Source: Microcoleus sp. herbarium2 (GTDB lineage Bacteria > Cyanobacteriota > Cyanobacteriia > Cyanobacteriales > Microcoleaceae). Taken from it: a stretch of DNA of 12,772 bases. The notes under the pieces are model-generated. The model did not search any database and was not told the origin of the DNA. It worked only from the letters and a program-made list of their open reading frames with translations. The stretch covers positions 1 through 12,772 of the forward strand of contig JAUBOM010000168.1 of assembly GCA_036700245.1 (NCBI GenBank). The letters are read 5' to 3'. Position numbers and translations under genes: made by a program. Numbering within the stretch: the first letter of the stretch is position 1; each line of letters begins with the position of its first letter. This document shows, piece by piece, positions 1 to 4,538 of this stretch.

Positions 1-148
1 TTAACCAGCCACCGATGGCTAGGTAGGCGCAGGGGAATAGCAGGATGCCAGACCAGCCTACGAAGACGAAGCGATCGCGTTTGAGCCAGTCGTCGAGTAC
101 ATCAAAGATGCCTCTTTCGTTCTGGGCGCGTCCGACTGCGATTGTCAT
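1..148 (-). CDS. psbD: Photosystem II D2 reaction-centre protein, N-terminal ~49 codons only (gene runs off the left edge)
   Basis: Reverse-strand translation from the ATG at 148-146 gives [49 protein letters not shown], which I recognise as the highly conserved D2 N-terminus. GGAG lies 10 nt upstream of the ATG. The fragment is too short for the 60-aa ORF track. Confidence 0.9.
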   Translation of the reverse strand, partial: MTIAVGRAQNERGIFDVLDDWLKRDRFVFVGWSGILLFPCAYLAIGGWL

Positions 149-279
149 TTACGCAAATCTCCAAATGGATATAATTACAACGGATTTGTCTCTAGTCAGT
201 AGTCTCCGACCGTTGCCTCTGCTTAGCAGAAAACGAGTTGGATTATGAACAGACTTTACTTTTCTTTACCGTAATCAAG

Positions 280-308
280 ATTATAGAGGTAATTCTTTAC
301 AATGGCAA
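280..308 (-). promoter_or_regulatory. Candidate sigma70-type promoter for psbD (TTGCCA-N17-TATAAT on the minus strand)
   Basis: On the minus strand, -35 TTGCCA (plus coordinates 308-303), an exact 17-nt spacer, then a perfect TATAAT (285-280). It sits about 130 nt upstream of the psbD ATG. Motif match only; the transcription start is unknown. Confidence 0.4.
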
Positions 309-342
309 CTATTTCTTAAAAAACTTCCGGATCTTGATTTGT

Positions 343-396
343 CCGAAGTCCCGGAAGTCCCAGAAGCCCCCGAAGCCCTGGAAGTCCCGGAAGTCC
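343..396. repeat. Six tandem copies of a 9-bp unit (consensus CGGAAGTCC)
   Basis: CCGAAGTCC CGGAAGTCC CAGAAGCCC CCGAAGCCC TGGAAGTCC CGGAAGTCC read directly from the sequence. An inverted partial copy, CTTCCGG, lies at 324-330. The array is in the divergent intergenic region between psbD and the 575 ORF. Confidence 0.85.
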
Positions 397-574
397 TTGC
401 GCTGCATTGGGGAACTTCTACTATATAGGAGTATCTGCGCTTGGCGTCAGATGCCCGGTGGCTTGGTAGATATATCGGCCTCAACGTCTTATTTTTCTGA
501 GAAACTGGGTGTCTTTGGGTAAGTCCTATATATATACTGAGGATAGAGCTCCAAACTTAGGTTTTTAAGACTAT

Positions 575-844
575 ATGTTCAGCATTGACATCATTGTGAA
601 GAACACGCCCGTCTCGCTGTCGGTGCAGCGGAAGTTGGAGGCGGACGCTGAGACTGTTTACCAGCAGGTTCTGGAGGCGATTCGCAACTCCCAACATCAA
701 ATTTTGGAACTCACCTGCGAGAAAAATCCTGAGAAAAAGGTGGCTGTCGTCAGCAGCGAGATTTCTGGGGTGGTGGTTTCTCAGAAATCGGGGGCGTCAT
801 CTACAGGCAGATCCCCTGGCTTTGTCTCGATGGGAGCAGAATGA
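575..844 (+). CDS. Small conserved cyanobacterial hypothetical protein (89 aa)
   Basis: The ORF MFSIDIIVKNTPVSLSVQRKLEADAETVYQQVLEAIRN... resembles small cyanobacterial proteins I recall but cannot name a family for. Its stop overlaps the next start in ATGA (841-844), which suggests translational coupling. The SD is weak. Confidence 0.6.
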   Translation: MFSIDIIVKNTPVSLSVQRKLEADAETVYQQVLEAIRNSQHQILELTCEKNPEKKVAVVSSEISGVVVSQKSGASSTGRSPGFVSMGAE

Positions 845-1539
845 GGGCTGGGGGTGTTGGTGCCGAGATGAGCCAGTCAGCGGTTGCTGTGCGGGATTTG
901 GGTTTTTGCTGGCCGTCGGGCGATCGAGTATTGCAAGGTTGCTCTCTGGATGTACCTAAGGGCGAGTTTTGGATGCTTTTGGGCACTAACGGCAGCGGCA
1001 AGTCTACGCTGTTGAGGCTGATGGCTGGGCTGCTGCACCCCCAGTCGGGGGAAATTGACCTGAGTGGGCGGGTGGGTTTTGTGTTCCAAAATCCGGATCA
1101 CCAATTGGTGATGCCGACGGTGGGTGCGGATGTGGCTTTTGGTTTGGTTGAGGAAAAGCTTTCTAATCTTCAGGTGCGGGCGAGGGTGGCGGAGGCTTTG
1201 GAGGCTGTGAATTTGCTGGATTTGCAGCGGCGGCCGATTTATGCTTTGAGTGGGGGCCAGAAGCAGCGAATTGCTCTTGCTGGGGCGATCGCCCGTCACT
1301 GCGAAATTCTGCTGTTGGATGAACCGACGGCTTTGTTAGATCCTGATTCTCAGTTGGATTTGGTGGCGGCGGTGCAGCGGTTGGTGAAAAATCGCGGGAT
1401 TACGGCTTTGTGGGTGACTCACCGTTTGGATGAGTTGAATTACTGCGATGGGGCTTTTTTGTTGGAAAAGGGCGAGGTGGTCGATCGGGGAGATCCGGCG
1501 CGTTTGAAGCAGCGGTTGATGCAAAGCCAAGATGTTTAG
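841..1539 (+). CDS. ECF/CbiO-type ABC transporter ATP-binding protein
   Basis: Walker A GTNGSGKST, Q-loop region VFQNPDHQLV, ABC signature LSGGQKQR, Walker B ILLLDEPT and an H-loop (VTHRL). The FQNPD.Q and AFGL motifs are typical of EcfA/CbiO. An alternative start is the ATG at 868 (MSQSAV...). Confidence 0.9.
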   Translation: MRAGGVGAEMSQSAVAVRDLGFCWPSGDRVLQGCSLDVPKGEFWMLLGTNGSGKSTLLRLMAGLLHPQSGEIDLSGRVGFVFQNPDHQLVMPTVGADVAFGLVEEKLSNLQVRARVAEALEAVNLLDLQRRPIYALSGGQKQRIALAGAIARHCEILLLDEPTALLDPDSQLDLVAAVQRLVKNRGITALWVTHRLDELNYCDGAFLLEKGEVVDRGDPARLKQRLMQSQDV

Positions 1540-1664
1540 CCCTGAAGCAATTTGAGAATTAAGTCACTTGGCGATTGAAATCGCTGCATAGAGTGAAACG
1601 AAGTCTGCCTCCGCAGACTAAGAAATAAATAGGGTATTTAACCTGATTTTGGCGGCACGGCAAA

Positions 1665-2450
1665 TTAATCTCGCAATCCCCGATCGCGCAACCAAGCATC
1701 TGCCCAAATTGTATCTGTTTCAGACAATGGCGGTATTGGCTCCCGAGAGTAATCAATTTCCATGTCATAACCGGCAATATCGTATACTTGATTAAAAAGC
1801 ATTTGCAAATCAACAATAGGTTCCGAGTCTTCTGGACGCAAAGGCACTGGGAAAACAGGAATTGAATTTTGAAGATTAAAAGCATACATATCGCCTGAAG
1901 GAAGGCGATTTCCCCTACAAACCAAAATCCGATATTGACTCTCAAGATTATTCCCAAGCACTGGCATTGGTTCACCGCGTCGCAGCAAATCAATCTCAAT
2001 CAAATGAGTGCGACTGCCCAGTATTTTTTCGCGTTTTTTCTCATACATTTGCCGACCTTTTCCAGGTCGTTTATTAGTAGGTGAAAGTATTTCGATCGTT
2101 GTGACTACTTCTTTGGTTTCCACTCCTCTTATCTCTAAATAACCTTCCTTGATAATTTCAGGCATAGGAAGTGTCACCGTCACCGGTTGTGCTGGAGGTG
2201 ATAAAAGAGCTAGATTCGCTGCGGGGTTATTTGATGTCTGAGAACGCTGTATAGTCACATCGGGAATACCGACAAGCAGTGAATTTTCGCCGCTGGTTTC
2301 ATACATTCGCAACTCTACGGCAACTCGATATTTAGGACGCAGTTGCGGAGATAAAAATCTGGCAATTTCACTAATCAACCAGTGATGCAATTCAGGCCAT
2401 AGGTTAGGATGTTCTAAATACGGATCCATACCGGGAAAGGGAGATGGCAT
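1665..2450 (-). CDS. DUF4058-like protein with a PD-(D/E)xK-type nuclease-fold motif
   Basis: MPSPFPGMDPYLEHPNLWPELHHWLI... matches my recollection of the DUF4058 N-terminus. GIPDV ... IEILSPTNK ... YEKK resembles the Uma2/PD-(D/E)xK pattern. I place the start at ATG 2450, which has AAGGAG 8 nt upstream, rather than at the TTG at 2519 used by the ORF track. Confidence 0.8.
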   Translation of the reverse strand: MPSPFPGMDPYLEHPNLWPELHHWLISEIARFLSPQLRPKYRVAVELRMYETSGENSLLVGIPDVTIQRSQTSNNPAANLALLSPPAQPVTVTLPMPEIIKEGYLEIRGVETKEVVTTIEILSPTNKRPGKGRQMYEKKREKILGSRTHLIEIDLLRRGEPMPVLGNNLESQYRILVCRGNRLPSGDMYAFNLQNSIPVFPVPLRPEDSEPIVDLQMLFNQVYDIAGYDMEIDYSREPIPPLSETDTIWADAWLRDRGLRD

Positions 2451-2687
2451 TGATTTGACTCCTTGACTCAAGTCTATTTCCAGTTTAACAATACTTTTCT
2501 GACGCGAAGGGCTTGCCAACAGGTTTTAGGGCATAGCTTTGCTTGTTGCAGATGATGACTGAAGACTCGATCGACCTTTTGCAATAATAGGTTCGATCGC
2601 ACATCTTGCACTTATTGGCATATTCCGTCGGGCGTTTAAACCCCTGCCGGAATATGGCAACAAATGCAAGATATCAGTTCGATCGCA

Positions 2688-2930
2688 TTAACTTTCGATC
2701 GACAATTGCATGGGAATTGGAACGCTGTTTTCATCCAAGACAGACAGCGCATTCACAAAAACAATTGTATGCGGGACTGCGGGCATTAAGCGGCGCAGTG
2801 CTTTGAGGTAAGATTCGGCATCGGGGCGGCGGCTGAAACGGGTGACTGTTAACCGCTGACAGTTGGGGAGGTGGCGAATTATGCACCAAGGTTGAAGTCG
2901 ATCGCGATATGTCGGTTGTTTTGGTATCAT
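2688..2930 (-). CDS. Hypothetical protein (80 aa)
   Basis: The ORF has an ATG at 2930 preceded by GAAGGA 8 nt upstream. The segment PWCIIRHLPNCQRLTVTRFSRRPDAESYLKALRRL resembles small conserved cyanobacterial proteins from memory. No family name assigned. Confidence 0.5.
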   Translation of the reverse strand: MIPKQPTYRDRLQPWCIIRHLPNCQRLTVTRFSRRPDAESYLKALRRLMPAVPHTIVFVNALSVLDENSVPIPMQLSIES

Positions 2931-3054
2931 AGGAAAATCCTTCCCACTTTTGTGGGTGGTGAATGAAAGGCGATCGCTCTTGATTTCTCAGGTCGGAGGG
3001 CGATCGCTGTATTTAACTATTAAAAGCCAAAGACGTAGCTTCTGTCAAGCATAA

Positions 3055-3267
3055 ATGGGGTTAATTAGGTTGCGAGTTCGAGAACTGGCTGAGGAGAAGA
3101 GTTGGACGCTGAAAGAAGTTTCCGAGAGAACGGGTATTCCGTACAGCACGGTCAAAAATTACGCGCAAGCTCCTAAGCTGGCAACGGTGGACTACACGGC
3201 TTTGCAGAAACTTGCTGAAGTCTTCGATGTGATGGTGGAAGATTTGGTTGAGGTTTTGGAACGGTAA
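3055..3267 (+). CDS. Small XRE/Cro-C1-type HTH protein (70 aa), paralog 1 of 3
   Basis: MGLIRLRVRELAEEKSWTLKEVSERTGIPYSTVKNYAQ...VDYTALQKLAEVFDVMVEDLVEVLER fits the single-domain Cro/C1 layout: helix, turn, recognition helix, then the 'D..tL.kla.afd....DL.e' tail. I recall this as HTH_26-like. Confidence 0.85.
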   Translation: MGLIRLRVRELAEEKSWTLKEVSERTGIPYSTVKNYAQAPKLATVDYTALQKLAEVFDVMVEDLVEVLER

Positions 3268-3287
3268 ACTGATTTTTCAGCGGCAAA

Positions 3288-3500
3288 ATGGGGTTAATTC
3301 GATTGCGGGTTCGAGAACTAGCCGAAGAGAAGGGTTGGACACTAAAAGAAGTTTCTGAGCGATCGGGCATTCCTTACAGTACGGTTAGAAGCTATGCCCA
3401 TTCTCCCAAGCTGGCAACTGTAGACTATACAGCTTTGAATAAGATGGCTCGTGCTTTCGATATTGCGATCGAAGATTTAGTTGAGATTTTGGAAGAGTAG
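3288..3500 (+). CDS. Small XRE/Cro-C1-type HTH protein (70 aa), paralog 2 of 3
   Basis: Same length and architecture as 3055-3267, starting 233 bp downstream of it. Confidence 0.85.
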   Translation: MGLIRLRVRELAEEKGWTLKEVSERSGIPYSTVRSYAHSPKLATVDYTALNKMARAFDIAIEDLVEILEE

Positions 3501-3516
3501 GCTGATTTATCGGAAT

Positions 3517-3729
3517 ATGGGACGAATTAGGCTGCGAGTTCGAGAATTTGCTCAAGAGAAGGGTTGGAATATGACAGAAGTATCCAAAAGAACAGGTATT
3601 CCATATACCACGATCATTACCTATGCCAATTCTTCAGGCATGGCTACCGTTGACTACACAGCTTTGGACAAGATGGCTCGTGCGTTCGATATTGCGATCG
3701 AAGATTTAGTTGAGATTTTGGAACACTAA
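3517..3729 (+). CDS. Small XRE/Cro-C1-type HTH protein (70 aa), paralog 3 of 3
   Basis: The ATG at 3517 (MGRIRLRV...) aligns with the starts of paralogs 1 and 2. The TTG at 3481 in the ORF track would overlap paralog 2 and adds non-homologous residues. The last ~54 nt are nearly identical to paralog 2. Confidence 0.85.
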   Translation: MGRIRLRVREFAQEKGWNMTEVSKRTGIPYTTIITYANSSGMATVDYTALDKMARAFDIAIEDLVEILEH

Positions 3730-3747
3730 ACTGATTAGTTCGCGATC

Positions 3748-3842
3748 GCACGGGTGGTCAGAAACCGGGTCTTTTCGAGAATACTACGTTACAGCGGGCA
3801 GACTCGGTAAAAACCTGGTTTCTGTGGTCGTAGCAGGTAAGT
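3748..3842 (+). repeat. Hairpin repeat element, copy A (MITE/REP-like, left end degenerate)
   Basis: CAGAAACCGGGTCTTTTCGAGAATACTACGTTACAGCGGGCAGACTCGGTAAAAACCTGGTTTCTG...GGTAAGT aligns along its length with copies at 6750-6849 and 7859-7948. The internal arms CAGAAACCGGGT / ACCTGGTTTCTG are inverted. The left boundary is approximate. Confidence 0.75.
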
Positions 3843-3942
3843 CCTGACTGATTTGTCGCTCTTTGCAGTAAAAATATGGATATTGGAATTTTCCGGCTGT
3901 AGACTAGAGTCAGGAGTTGTTCAGTCTGCCGGAGTTATATTA

Positions 3943-4434
3943 ATGCCGATCAATCGCCTGTCTCAAATTGAAAAAAACTTGGAATTGCTGCAAGAGCAAT
4001 TAGGGGGCAAGGAGGAGGCTCTAATTGTAGCAGCGCAAGAAGAAAAGATCCGAATTAAACAGCAAATCCGAGAGCTACGCAAGGAGATTCGGGAGCAGGA
4101 AGAGGAGTATTGGCAGGTTCTCGCTCAGCAAACGAAAACGGTGGAAATTCCCGAACATGAGGCTGAGATTATTGTTGCCGAGATTGTCGAAGAAGTTGGG
4201 AAAATAGAAGTGCAGGGACAGTATTCAGATGAAGTGCTTCAGATTTTGCAGGAGATTCGGGACAAGCTAAACCAACCGGGAGCGACAGCGGCAGCGAAAG
4301 TTAAATGGGTGATCTCAACTAATTTCCCGTTCGTGGCAATTTCCTGCGAGGGTGAAGTGGATACACAGAAGTCATTAAAGCAGCATTTCCCAACGTTTCA
4401 TAACTGGGCTAAGGCATTAGCAAAAAAGTCCTAG
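3943..4434 (+). CDS. Coiled-coil N-terminal module (163 aa), probably the N-terminal domain of the downstream NB-ARC-TPR protein
   Basis: ATG at 3943 with GGAG 8 nt upstream; the TTG at 3853 in the ORF track runs into the repeat element. Residues 1-60 are heptad-rich and charged (LSQIEKNLELLQEQL...IRELRKEIREQEEEY). The C-terminal part contains a short hydrophobic stretch (VKWVISTNFPFVAISC). The ORF ends GCA AAA AAG TCC TAG inside the region where the NB-ARC frame is already open. Confidence 0.7.
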   Translation: MPINRLSQIEKNLELLQEQLGGKEEALIVAAQEEKIRIKQQIRELRKEIREQEEEYWQVLAQQTKTVEIPEHEAEIIVAEIVEEVGKIEVQGQYSDEVLQILQEIRDKLNQPGATAAAKVKWVISTNFPFVAISCEGEVDTQKSLKQHFPTFHNWAKALAKKS

Positions 4435-4465
4435 ACCTGGAGCGAAAAACACCTAATCCAGGTTT
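4422..4465 (+). other. Candidate -1 recoding site: in-phase A_AAA_AAG heptamer plus downstream hairpin
   Basis: The heptamer at 4422-4428 is in X_XXY_YYZ phase with ORF 3943-4434. A hairpin can form between 4433-4441 and 4457-4465 with a 15-nt loop. A -1 shift enters the NB-ARC frame. Confidence 0.45.
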
Positions 4466-4538
4466 CACAAGTTTTTACCAACTATACGATATTCCCTCCG
4501 AACTCGGTTCAAAAAACTTTGTCGGACGGGATGAGGAG

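Noticed and set aside
238-522. ORFs of 94 aa (+) and 67 aa (-) spanning the 9-bp tandem repeat.
   Set aside because: They stay open only because the 9-bp repeat lacks stops. The translations are repetitive (KSRKSQKPPKPWKSRKS / SGTSRASGASGTSGTS). They lie in the psbD promoter/5' region and have no SD.
877-1530. Minus-strand ORFs (140 and 64 aa) antisense to the ABC ATPase.
   Set aside because: They lie entirely inside a strongly supported CDS. The translations are H/Q/R/P-rich with no motifs.
1563-1599. A 37-nt CRISPR-repeat-like sequence on the minus strand, GTTTCACTCTATGCAGCGATTTCAATCGCCAAGTGAC.
   Set aside because: Only one copy is present in the window, with no spacer-repeat periodicity and no cas genes. 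It cannot be called a CRISPR array; at most it is an orphan or chance resemblance.
1602-1619. Hairpin AGTCTGC-CTCC-GCAGACT between the convergent ABC ATPase and DUF4058 genes, considered as a bidirectional terminator.
   Set aside because: The stem is only 7 bp and no U-tract follows on either strand, which is not enough to call an intrinsic terminator.
1559-1999. 146-aa minus-strand ORF overlapping the 3' part of the DUF4058 gene in another frame.
   Set aside because: The Cys/Leu-rich translation looks unnatural. The DUF4058 frame explains the region.
2619-2656. Inverted repeat CATATTCCG ... CGGAATATG enclosing a GTTTAAAC palindrome, downstream of the 80-aa ORF.
   Set aside because: It is an imperfect structure with no U-tract and no second copy in the window. 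Any function is unsupported.
3481-3516. Upstream extensions in the ORF track, all starting at TTG: here for HTH paralog 3, and likewise at 2519, 3853, 9914 and 11702 for their genes.
   Set aside because: In each case an internal ATG with a better SD aligns with paralogs or with the family N-terminus. The extensions overlap neighbouring genes or repeat elements.
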